Shown here: in pieces, positions 1 to 10,961 of the stretch | Layout: the number at the start of each line of letters is the position of its first letter | Position numbering within the stretch: position 1 is the first letter of the stretch | Origin: Octopus sinensis | Taxonomy: Eukaryota | Length of the DNA: 64,000 nt | Assembly (NCBI RefSeq): GCF_006345805.1 | Contig: NC_043000.1 | Span: 115,878,001-115,942,000, forward strand | Reading direction: 5' to 3' | The notes under the pieces: generated by a model | What the model saw: the letters and a program-made list of their open reading frames with translations, nothing else | Told to the model about the DNA's origin: nothing | Database searches by the model: none | Program-made: the position numbers and the translations under genes

Positions 1-784
1 TCCGGTTTCTGCTGCTGCTGAGGAGGAGAAACCATTCCGAAATGCATGCATCCAAAAATTCTGGTTGGTGGGAGGGGCAATGCAAACTGACTCGGTGTTT
101 TTACCTTTCTGTCTACATCAAGAAATTTTCTCTATGGCAAAGCACAGTGGGTGACTTTCTTCCGGGTTCGAATATGCCTCAAGCATATTTAAACTTGTAA
201 CAAGTTTGTATTTATATAGGAAATATGATTCAGAAATATGACTCGAAAATACCCACAAAAACTTACACACACGCCCACAAACATATAAATAAAGAGAGCG
301 TATGAAGCCCAAGAACAACAACAAATTGAATGCTAAAACTTCTTTTACGAATATACATTTTGTTGTAGACGTTATTGAAATACCTGTTTCATTGCCTTTG
401 AAATCAACCGATTGATTATGAACAATGTAATAGTATTTCTGTGCAAGAAAGCCGTATAGAAAGTGAAAAGAAAGTCAGTGTGATGTTTATTAAGTACGTG
501 TGTGTGTGTGTGTGAGAGAGAGAGAAAGAGTGAGTGTATGTATGTATGTGGATACGCGCGCGGGAGTGTGTGTACGTGTCTGTGTGCCACCAATGATGGA
601 AAGAAAAGCTAGTTGCGAAAAAGTTTCTATTACATATTTCATTATAAATTAATACGCCACACACACACACACACTCACACAACACACACACACACGCACA
701 CACATACACACGCACACACACACATTTTTTGTATTTAGTTTGCAAGATTCTTTGTGTGAATTTGTGTGTTGAAACATATTTTAT

Positions 785-953
785 TGTCTGGGGAGAGTCA
801 TTCACTTTTAGTGCCATAGTTTTTAACACACTCATCGGTTCGATTTCCACTCATTTACTTATATATTTTTTCTAGAAAAAATAGATGAATAGCAATCGAA
901 CCGGTGAGTGTGTTAAATACTATGGCACTAAAAGTGATGACTCTCCCCAGACA
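785..953. mobile_element. MITE with ~60-bp terminal inverted repeats (family shared with 4391-4497)
   Basis: Left TGTCTGGGGAGAGTCATTCACTTTTAGTGCCATAG...CGGTTCGATT is the reverse complement of right AATCGAACCGG...CTATGGCACTAAAAGTGATGACTCTCCCCAGACA; non-coding spacer. Confidence 0.75.
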
Positions 954-960
954 CAATTAT

Positions 961-1000
<40 letters not shown>

Positions 1001-1007
1001 TATATAC

Positions 1008-1168
1008 GCAAGAGAGTGGTTGTGTGGTAAGTAGCTTGCCTACCAAACCCATGGTTCCACTTCAGCCCACACTGCATCGTACCTTGAGCAAATGTCTCTA
1101 CTATAGCCCTCGGCCGACCAAAGTCTTGTGGGTGGATTCGGTAGGCGGAAACTGAAAGAAACCTGTCG

Positions 1169-1203
<35 letters not shown>

Positions 1204-1385
1204 ATGTGTTGTGTGTCTGTGTTTGTTCCCTCACTATTACTTGACAACCGATGTTGGTGTGTTTACGTCCCCGTAATCTACCGGTTCGGCAAAAGAACCT
1301 ATAGAATAAGTTCTAGGCTTACAAAGGCGGTGCTCCAGCATGGCTACAGTCAAATGACTGAAAGAAATAAAAGAATAAAAAGATA
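1008..1385 (+). mobile_element. Composite tRNA-derived SINE (family A head + internal microsatellite + family B tail)
   Basis: A-box-like TGGTTGTGTGGTAAG, degenerate B box, CORE-like CACCTTGAGCAAATGTCT, (TA)n/(TG)n, tail ending GGCGGTGCTCCAGCATGG..CAGTCAAATGACTGAAAGAAATAAAAGAATA; >20 related copies in window. Confidence 0.85.
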
Positions 1386-1399
1386 ATATAATATGAATT

Positions 1400-1595
1400 G
1401 ATTTCAAATTTGGCACGAAGCCAGATATTTCGGAGTTAGAGTTTAAATCTATTACGACTCCTGTACGCAACTGAACTTAATTTATCGACCCCGAAAGGAT
1501 GAAAGCAAAGTCGACCTCGGCGGAATTTGAACTCAGAACGTAACGCAGACGAAATGCCGATAACCATTTTGCCCGGCGTGCTAACGTTTCTGCTA
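1400..1595 (-). mobile_element. tRNA-derived SINE, family C
   Basis: Plus strand TTTATCGACCCCGAAAGGATGAAAGCAAAGTCGACCTCGGCGGAATTTGAACTCAGAACG; minus strand has B-box GAGTTCAAATTCC; recurs at >10 loci. Confidence 0.85.
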
Positions 1596-2940
1596 ATGCC
1601 AAAAGAATTGATACCCACACAATGCGGATGTGGTTTGTCTTAGACATTCTCTTATCCAAAATACAAGACGAATCAACGTCCCGAAGGCGATGGTGTTAAA
1701 CGTCCTCTTGTACAAAAGATAAACACGTAAAAATCACATGCAGCAATGAGGATATGAGAAGAAATCATCCCGATAAAGGGACCGTTCGAAAGATAACAAA
1801 AATCAAGGTGGCACTCCGCATGGCAGCAGCCATGGCTTAATGCGGGAGAAATAAATGAAATAAGAAACATATACCTTACACACACACACACAAAATGTAT
1901 TTAAAAATCCTGGCAGATATCAGTTAAGCATCTCTTATGATAAAAGCAGATTTTTCTCTGCCTCCCAAACCGTTCGTTTTTTATACAATTCTACAATATA
2001 GAATTTCTTCAATTGAAATTTACCTATCATTTTTCCAAGTAGATTCCATTGGGTCATGGCATGTAAAGTTTTTTCAATTTCACCCCCAATTAAGCAAAAA
2101 TTCGAGAAAACTCAATATTTTACGATTTCCCTCTTTCATTTCAAGTGCTTCACTCCTACCATTACCACTGCACGTTCTCCTCCTTTCTCTTTGCAAGTGT
2201 GCAACAATTAAAGTGAAAGTATTTATATAATAGGGATGAGCAATTAATACTGGTCATCCTTTTTGCTAGAAGAAGATCCGCTATGGTCTTATATGCTACA
2301 CCACTGGTTTTCAATTCATATTAATCAAATTAATATTCAATTTTTCATTCTTATTATGTGTGTGTGTATTAGCAATTCGTATAAAATTGCATCAATGACT
2401 TGAACTTGAATAAGTGGTTTCACATAAATGGGGATACATTAAAAAGGTTTGTTGTTATTATTATTACTGTTTGACTATTGTAATCACGTTTGTTGGTTCC
2501 TCATCAGGGAAACGTTGTTGTGTTGCATTTGTTAAATAATTGTAACCGTAACCGACCCTCCCCCTTTCGGAGAAGGGGCTTTGGTTATTGTTTTAAAATT
2601 GAATTGTGTCCCTGTTTGGGGAAATTGACAATATTTTCACCGTCTTTACGGAAGCATTTTTGTTAAAATGCCTTCGATAGAAGAAAGTCCAAAAATGAAT
2701 TTCGCTGCAGCCGTACACTTCTATACAAGAGGGAGGACAAGATCCAATTGATCGAAATTGCAAGAGACGAGCCTACAATTCCAGTCTCTTATATATTTTG
2801 AGTATTGTTATCACTAGCGATATCAAGATATAACTTTCTATTTTGTATTTTATGTGTAGATGTATATATATATATATAGATGTACATGTAATATGTACAT
2901 ATATATATATACACATATATACATGCATAATATATCTACC

Positions 2941-2982
<42 letters not shown>

Positions 2983-3014
2983 GGGGCAGGTGAGGCTGTG
3001 TGGTAATAAACTAC

Positions 3015-4325
3015 GTTCGAAGATACTGTACTTGATATGGGCGGTAGTGCATTGCCGGTCTATGGCTTACCTTCAACAAACCGGGAAGGCACAAACACTC
3101 TGTCTTCACATTTGCTGCGTGAGACATATTTTAATGTTGACGAGCTTGCCGAGTACATAGCCGACAATGAGCCAAAGCTCCTTCCAGAACAGAAGTTCGC
3201 TTACAACTCCGTTGTTAATTCAGTCCGGGCCAAAGCTGTGGGGATATTTTTCCTGGACGCTCCTGGGGGCACTGGGAAAACTTTTCTCTCAACAAATTAA
3301 TATTGGCTGAGATTAGGCGAACACAAGGCATTGCCCTAGCTGTGGCATCATCTGGAATTGCGGCTACTTTGTTGCCAGGCGGCAGGACAGCTCACTCCAC
3401 TTTCAAGCTTCCGCTTGACTTAGCGAAGACTGAGACACCAACTTGCAACATCAGTAACAGCTCCGATCAGGCAGAAGTCTTCAGACGATGCAAGCTTATC
3501 GTTTGGGATGAATGCACGATGGCCCACAGAGGTGCTCTTGAGGCCTAGATAAATCTCTCAGAGACATCAAACACTCGTCAGCTCCCATGGGAGGCATAAC
3601 ACTTCTTCTTTCAGGGGATTTCCGACAAACCCTTCCCGTTATTCCCAAAGGGACTAGAACTGATGCAGTAAGTGCGTGTCTTAAGTCATCCACATTGTGG
3701 CCACTGGTGAAGACTCTCAAACTTCACACCAATATGCGTGCTCATATGCGACGTGATATCACATCAGCAGCATTTTCTCACACACTCATTGCACTTGGTG
3801 AAGGCAAAATACCAGGGGATGAAAATGGTAATATTGCCATCGATTCCATTTGTACCATTGTTAAAACGCCTTCTGATCTCAGAGATGCAGTGTTCCCAGA
3901 TCTACAAGCTAATTATCAGAATATGGATTGGATTGTCCAAAGGGCTATTCTGGCCCCGAGGAATAAAACTGTTCACCATATTAATGATGAAATGCTAAAC
4001 CTCATTCTGGGGATATCTATGTATATAAGTCTATCGATACAACTCCTGACCCAGAGGACGTCATCAACTATCCAATAGAGGTACTCATTCCTTTGAGCCT
4101 CCAGGACTACCACCACACATTCTCAAACTTAAAGTTGGTGCCCTATAATGCTCATTAGAAATTGGTTCCCCCAAACATGCAATGGCACACGTTTGATCGT
4201 TAAGTCCTTATCTCCCACAGTAAACTTATATCAATGTTTGCCTGAATAATCATCATAATTCAGTGCAATCATTAACAGTACTTTCAAACAATTCAGCCCC
4301 GAGCATCGCCGGGCAATTCTGCTAG
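3015..4325 (+). mobile_element. 5'-truncated, internally deleted Helitron (helicase part plus intact 3' end)
   Basis: Pif1-family helicase motifs; 3' hairpin GCCCCGAGCATCGCCGGGC (4296-4314) followed by CTAG (4322-4325) then T. Confidence 0.9.
3037..4215 (+). pseudogene. Helitron RepHel Pif1-like SF1B helicase, broken by frameshifts and stops
   Basis: FLDAPGGTGKTF (Walker A), VASSGIAATLLPGGRTAHSTFKLP, IVWDECTM (Walker B), GDFRQTLPV, RAILAPRN, then EPPGLPPH..LKVGAP and NGTRL motifs in shifted frames. Confidence 0.92.
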
Positions 4326-4390
4326 TTCAGTATAAAGGAATAAAGTTAAATTTCCAGCAATTAGATACATATGTATATAGGTATATGTAC

Positions 4391-4497
4391 ATTCTGTTGT
4401 GTCTGGGGAGAGTCATTTTCTTTTTGTGCCTTATAATGTAACTCACTCACATTATAAGGCACAAAAGGAAAATGACTCTCTCCAGACACAACAGAAT
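4391..4497. mobile_element. Near-perfect 107-bp palindromic MITE/hairpin (49-bp arms, 9-nt loop)
   Basis: 4391-4439 vs 4449-4497 are complementary with only 2 mismatches; terminal TGTGTCTGGGGAGAGTCATT shared with the 785-953 element. Confidence 0.8.
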
Positions 4498-4647
4498 ATG
4501 CTTCAACACACGAACTCATATAAAGAATCTGGCAAACCAAATCCCAAAACGAAATATATGTACATGTTAATGCAATTGAAACAATTGTTGGATTTATAAG
4601 CTGTGATCTAAAAAACGATATGATTTCTTCGTACATATTATTTGTTG

Positions 4648-4769
4648 AACAAGTAGAAAGATAAATATTATTCAACGCGTAAGTACTGTACAGTATAAAT
4701 AGAAGGATAGAATACTTAAAAAAAAAAGCAATACTGTTCAGTTGAATAAAATTTATCTTTCTACTTGTT
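4648..4769. mobile_element. Small MITE-like element with 29-bp inverted repeats
   Basis: AACAAGTAGAAAGATAAATATTATTCAAC vs GTTGAATAAAATTTATCTTTCTACTTGTT (28/29). Confidence 0.65.
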
Positions 4770-4837
4770 TTACAATACACTTCAACTTTTCGAAAACATA
4801 CTTGTTGTTTACATAGAATGTATAGTATTTGTTGTTT

Positions 4838-4870
<33 letters not shown>

Positions 4871-4903
4871 AAATTCAATATATAATCATTTATGATTATG
4901 GTA

Positions 4904-5010
4904 TTCACGCTGAAGAGAAAAGAAGTTTCGGTAAGATAGAATTATTTAATATTTAATATTTTAATTCTTATGCTTTCCTAAAACTTGATTTCGAAACGTA
5001 CGTCCGTGGA
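4904..5010 (+). ncRNA. Type I minimal hammerhead ribozyme, canonical core, probably in a solo Penelope-type terminal repeat
   Basis: Stem I UUCACG/CGUGGA; CUGAAGA 4910-4916; stem II GAAA/UUUC extended by AAGUUU/AAACUU and AGAAUUA/UAAUUCU; GAAA 4993-4996; palindromic ACGUACGU stem III; GUC cleavage triplet ending 5004. Confidence 0.75.
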
Positions 5011-5199
5011 AACTTTAAAAATGTTGATAGATTGCGGTTAATTCATTCTCTCTTACCTGTTTGTGTCAGCCTTCCAGTTGCTGTTTACTGAGATCTCCCT
5101 TTTTAGTAGAAGAAATAGCTATACCCTTGATGCTATTTCTAAATTCGGTATGTGGTAAGGCAATTCGTTGCTGAACCCTTATTGCTTAGTATATATATT

Positions 5200-5464
5200 A
5201 TATAATAATATATAATGTATGTATGTATATATATGTATGTATGTATATATATGTATATTGTATGATATATGTATATGTATGTATGTATATATATTGTATA
5301 TGTATGTATGTATATATAGTATATATATGTATGTATGTATATCTATGTATATTATGTTTGTATGTATATATATATATGGTATAATATGTATGTATATATA
5401 TGTATGTATGTATATATATGTATGTATGTATATATATGAATGTATATATATATGTATGTATGTA

Positions 5465-5497
<33 letters not shown>

Positions 5498-5585
5498 TTA
5501 TATATATGTATGTATGTATGTATGCATGTATTTATATATATGTATGTATATACATAATATATATATATGTATACATATACATATG
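5200..5585. repeat. (TA)n/(TATG)n compound microsatellite
   Basis: Direct reading. Confidence 0.95.
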
Positions 5586-5587
5586 TA

Positions 5588-7201
5588 CAGTTGCGGCCAA
5601 AATGTTCAGAACGGCATTGTATTCGTCAGAAAAGTAGGTATAAGTTTTTATCAAAGTTGTTTTATATTCTATAATTTTCACAGACAATAAATACAATATT
5701 AATTGTTATTGTCTGAGATTTTGGTGAAAATTTGAGAGGATAATACAAAAGTTATGGATGATTTAGTCATTTACTGCAAAACCCATGGCGGCCAAAATGA
5801 TCAGAACGGTTGAAAAAAAAAACTGAAAATGACAGAGAATACTGGAATTATTTCATATTTAGTGTGAAGCCCTTTAGCTTCAATCGCACTGTGACATCTT
5901 CGACTGCATGAGGAAATTAAATTTTCAATTTCTTGCTGGGTGATCTTATTCCATTCTTCCTGAAGGACATTCCATAATTGCTCAGTTGTTTTAGGATTTC
6001 TGGTTTTCGAACGTTCTCCTAGAATATTCCACACATTTTCAATAGGATTGAGATCTGGGTTTTGAGCTGGCCAATCCATAACAATAACCTTTTCAGCCTT
6101 GAGGAAGTTCATGACCACCTTAGCCTTGTGACATGGGGCATTGTCCTGCATGAATATGGGTGGTCGCTTAGTTGAATTTCTCAGCACAGGCCAGACATGA
6201 TCTTTTACAAGTTGTTTATAAACCCCTGCATTTAAATTTCCATGTAATCGCACCAAAGGGCCCACACCATCTCCAGATATTCTCCAAACCATGACACTTC
6301 CTCCACCGAATTTAACACTAGTCTTAAGGCATTTAGGTAACAATTTTTCACCTACTTTTCTACGAACTTACCTTTTCCCATCTGAGCCAAATAACATAAA
6401 CTTAGATTCATCACTGAAATGCACCGTTTGCCATTTGTCTTGAGACCACAACACATGTTCGGTTGCAAAGGTAAGACGACACTTTTTATTCTTGGAGCTG
6501 ATCAGTGGCTTCACTGCAGGTGCTCTTGCTTGTAGGTCATGTTCAACTAAACGACAAAACAAAGTTTTTCGAGATAACGTTTTCTTCAATATAATGCTCA
6601 TTTTCCGAGAAACAGCAGCAGCAGTTTTAAATCTGTCCTTTTTAACCAACTTTACCATAGCACGATCTTCTCTCTGGTCGTTTTTCTTGGCCTACCTGTA
6701 GACTTTCTTGCTTCACACGAACCACAATCATCGTAGACCTAAGAATACCGTGTACAAACGCTTTGACTGTTAACAATCTTGCAATAGATCCAATACTTAA
6801 ATTATCCTTCCTTCGAAGCTTAATAATCTGCTGACGAATTGCTAACGAGTAAGTGGCATTATATTAACATAGTACACTGCAAATATTCTTACTAATGTTT
6901 AGTAAACGAACCGTCAAGTAAACAAATTCAGAACATTAGAGTTCGCCGGTTAAATATACTAAAACACGGAGTAAAAGCAACCGTTCTGATCATTTTGGCC
7001 GCCATAGGTTTTGCAGTAAATGACTAAATCATCCATAACTATTGTATTATCCTCTCAAATTACACCGAAATCTCAGGCAATAACAAATAATATCGTATGT
7101 ATTGTCTGTGAAAATTATAGAATATAAAACAACTTTGATAAAAACTTATACTTACTTTTCTGACGAAAACAATGCCGTTCTGAACATTTTGGCCGCAACT
7201 G
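5588..7201 (-). mobile_element. Full-length Tc1-family DNA transposon of IR/DR type (~225-bp TIRs, TA target duplication)
   Basis: TA|CAGTTGCGGCCAAAATG ... CATTTTGGCCGCAACTG|TA; each TIR holds outer GCGGCCAAAATGTTCAGAACGG and inner GCGGCCAAAATGATCAGAACGG direct repeats. Confidence 0.95.
5862..6859 (-). pseudogene. Tc1 transposase, DD34E, disrupted
   Basis: WQTVHFSDESKF, FMQDNAPCH, WPAQNPDLNPIENVW; 34 residues between second D and E; frameshift near 6350 and stops in the N-terminal part. Confidence 0.95.
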
Positions 7202-7233
7202 TATATATACATAATACTTGTATATATATATAT

Positions 7234-7267
<34 letters not shown>

Positions 7268-7618
7268 ATAATATATATATATATATATACATATGTTAAT
7301 CAATATCAGGGTAGCAAAAAATTCAAGAGAAATTTTTCGCCACCACCGGTCCAGTGAGAAAGAAAAAATAGTCAACATACTATATGTATATAAACATATA
7401 TATATATATGTATGTATATATGTATGTATATACACTTATGTATATGTATGCATGTATATATATATATATATACACAAGTACTCCATCGGTTATATATACC
7501 CCCATATGTATATATGTATACATATATATTTTTACATATAAATATATATCTATATATATATATATATATATATATATCCATAATATACATGTACATACAT
7601 ACATACGCCCACAAAATG

Positions 7619-7678
<60 letters not shown>

Positions 7679-7879
7679 ACTGTGATGTGTGTGTGAGTGT
7701 GCGTGTAAACACACTCATAGAAACACATATGACTGATAATTTGAATATTCACCGGAATAAAATGAATATTAAAAACTATTATTCTTCTAATACAGAATAT
7801 ATGTGACAGTAGGCTCTTCGTATGAACTCGGCTATCAGTCTATATACTAATCAATTGGGAAATAAATATATACTACATT

Positions 7880-8135
7880 ATGGAGGTTGTGAAATAGCTG
7901 TAACCCTCGGAAGATAGGTATATTTATATAGTATATAAATAATCGTGGCACTGCGTCGGTTACATCAAGGGTTCCATTTGATCTGATCAACAGAACAACA
8001 TGCTCGTGAAATTAACGTGCAAGTGGCTGAGCACTCCACAGACACTTGTACCCTTAACGCAATTCACGGGGAGATTCAGATTAACACAGAGTGTGACAAA
8101 GCTGGTCGTTTGAAATACAGGTACAAGAGGAACAG
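7880..8135 (-). mobile_element. 3' part of family E SINE (related to 61950-62150)
   Basis: Shared ACACAGAGTGTGACAA...TTTGAAATACA block. Confidence 0.55.
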
Positions 8136-8144
8136 GAATAAAGA

Positions 8145-8321
8145 ATGAGATAAAGTTGTGGGGAAAAAGTACAGCAGGTTGCTCCACTACCCTGTGTCTG
8201 AGCCTCGTGGAACTTTAGGTGTTTTCGCTCAATAAACAATCACAATGCCCGGTCTGGGAATCGAAGCCACAATCTAACGACCGCGAGTCCGCTGCTCTTA
8301 CCACTGGGCCATCGCACCTTC
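8145..8321 (-). mobile_element. tRNA-derived SINE, family D (5' part)
   Basis: Reverse complement of the 31254 element head: TGGCCCAGTGGTAAGAGCAGCGGACTCGCGGTCG..GCTTCGATTCCCAGACC..TTTATTGAGCGAAAACACCTAAAG. Confidence 0.85.
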
Positions 8322-8350
8322 ACTATATAAATATTATACATGTATAATAC

Positions 8351-8386
<36 letters not shown>

Positions 8387-8767
8387 ACAGATAGATAGAG
8401 AGATGTCGAATGAGAGGAGGAAGGAGAGAGGCAGCAAAGATAGAAAATATTTTAAAAAATTGGATATGGCTGTGCAGATCGTGCAGATTTTTCGTTTGTA
8501 GCTGATCTCTGCATTCATAAAATTAATATACATGGATAGGCGACGATATCTTAAAAATTAAATATTGAAACACGCATGTCTGTCTTTTTTTTTGTTTTTT
8601 GATATAGTACAGAACTCAATATGATTGCTATCGTAACATAAAACGATTTTGAATTTTTCTTTTTTGTTTTTCTCTTGGTTTAGAGTTACATGGCATCGAA
8701 GAATTCATGAGAAAAAGGAAAACAGAATAAATCTCGATAAACATATTAGTATTTAATAAACAAACAG

Positions 8768-8875
8768 ATGCAGGTGTGTAAATGTGGTATGAAGTTTGCT
8801 TCCCAACCAAATGATTCAGAGTTCGGTCCCAATCCGTGGCACCTTCGGCAAGTGTCTTCTGCTATAGTCACGGGT
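8768..8875 (+). mobile_element. Family A SINE head, truncated
   Basis: GGTTCGGTCCC-like B box and GTGGCACCTTCGGCAAGTGTCTTCTGCTATAG. Confidence 0.7.
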
Positions 8876-9914
8876 TTACTTTTGCTTTTTATTCAAGGAC
8901 CCTAGTATTTCTGAGTTTTTGCATAAATCTGCTGGTACATAATCGAATGCACCTATGATGATTAGCACAAATGGGAATTCATAGCCAGGGTACAAGAAAT
9001 GTAAAGTCCGCATTAATTCACCATAAATTTTCTTTTATTCCTGGACTTTTGATCGTACTCTAGCATCTGCTGGGCAGCTGACCTTTACAACTGTGAATGG
9101 ATTTCGCTCCCTGCCTTTCTGTTTTCATTGGCGTGTTCTGCCAGTATTCCTTGTTTTTAAAGGTGTCATTAGCTACTGGTTCTAACATGCATTTCATGTG
9201 TGTGCGTGTGTGTCGTACATACCTGTGTGTGTTAGCCTCTGGTGCCAAACGTACTCTCGCTAACATAAGTCGAAAATCCAGTAAACTAGGCCGAAGCTCC
9301 AACATCCCAAGGGTCACTCGGAATCGCCTAGTTCTGATAGACCCAATACTCAACTACAATTTATTCTATCAAACTGGAGGAAAATTTAAAACAAATTCGA
9401 CGTCGGCGTGCTTTGAACTCGCAACGTAGTGGTTCGTCATTCTACATTGTTCAAAACTCCTCCTAATTTGACATCCTATATTAGAGACGACATACATCCG
9501 ATTACAAACCTTAGTATAAAATTTTGATATTTATTTAAAAATTGTAAATCATGAATTTTTAGGATCAAAGACACCATAATGAGATTTCTGTAACAGAATG
9601 CATTAAACATCAAAGCAAATTTGAAAAATATTTTTATTATGAAATAAGAATGTTTTTCGAATTATCTACGTTATGCTGGTAGAGGTGGGATAGTCTATTT
9701 AGTATGATTGGATTCCCGTTCCGCTGGTGTGTGGTGTGTGTGTGTTGTGTGTGTGTGTGTGTGTGTGTGTGTTGCGCGCGCGTACATATATACATAGAAA
9801 TATATATAGGTATATAGATACACACCACACACACACACATATATATATATATATCCTTACATAAACACATATATGCACATATGCATATATGCATACGCAT
9901 ATATATGTATGCGC

Positions 9915-9948
<34 letters not shown>

Positions 9949-10623
9949 ACACATAAATAAATAAATAAATATATATATATATGTTTATATATAGACACAT
10001 GTATAGATATAGGTATATATAGACGTGGGTGTGTGTCTGCGTACCTCTCATCACCATAATCACACCGATTATAAGCAACGTATCTCACAGCATATTACGT
10101 TTGTCGCCATGATTGCGCAGCAGCGGCAGTAGCAGCAGCAGCAGCACTAATTGTAGTAGTTGTTGTTGTTGTAAAAGCAACAAGGCTCAATAAAAATAAG
10201 TAGAAGACAAAGATGAATAAGAACAATTATCAACAGCAATGTGACCAACTCGGAATACTAAGTAAAAAAAGTAGGAAAATGCATTGTTACAGTGCTTACA
10301 ATCAATAATCCAAATATATATATTCAGGATATAAAATATGTGGCCTGTTTAATATAAGGAACAAGGAGATCGATGCAACGACTCAGTTGTAGATTGAATG
10401 ACTCACTTGTATATTGAATGAAATATTAGAAGAAGAGTAGAAGCTAAATATACTTGTAGAAATTGTAAAGCGAACATTTGGGGAACGGTTTTTTTTCTAT
10501 AATGGCCTGAGAATTTCGTGTGTTTTGTCGGACGTATTTCATTGTCTTGAAATCCCCTTGTAATATGTTTGCAACAAACATTCAATAGTTGTGGTGGTAG
10601 TGGCGATGGTTGTGGTGCAGTTA

Positions 10624-10713
<90 letters not shown>

Positions 10714-10898
10714 TGTATGTATGTATGTATGTGTGTGTGTGTGTGTGTAGATGGTTGAAGTGGAACACTCGAGTGGATAGGTATATAAATTTGAAGATGT
10801 CTCAATGACTGAAACCGCTACAGAAATGTTTTTCATGATAAAATTATTTTAGCATTTTCTACCTTGTCTTATTTTCACATATATATATATATATTATA

Positions 10899-10958
<60 letters not shown>

Positions 10959-10961
<3 letters not shown>

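Noticed and set aside
3-198. Plus-strand frame containing GWWEG, reminiscent of an SH3 motif
   Set aside because: No ALYDY-type start or GxFPxNYV end, no convincing splice sites; probably chance.
5219-5690. ORFs rich in Y/I/M/C/V here and at dozens of other sites (7293-7752, 30200-30675, 39771-40631, 60818-62030 etc.)
   Set aside because: They are translations of (TA)n, (TATG)n, (CA)n and (TATC)n microsatellites.
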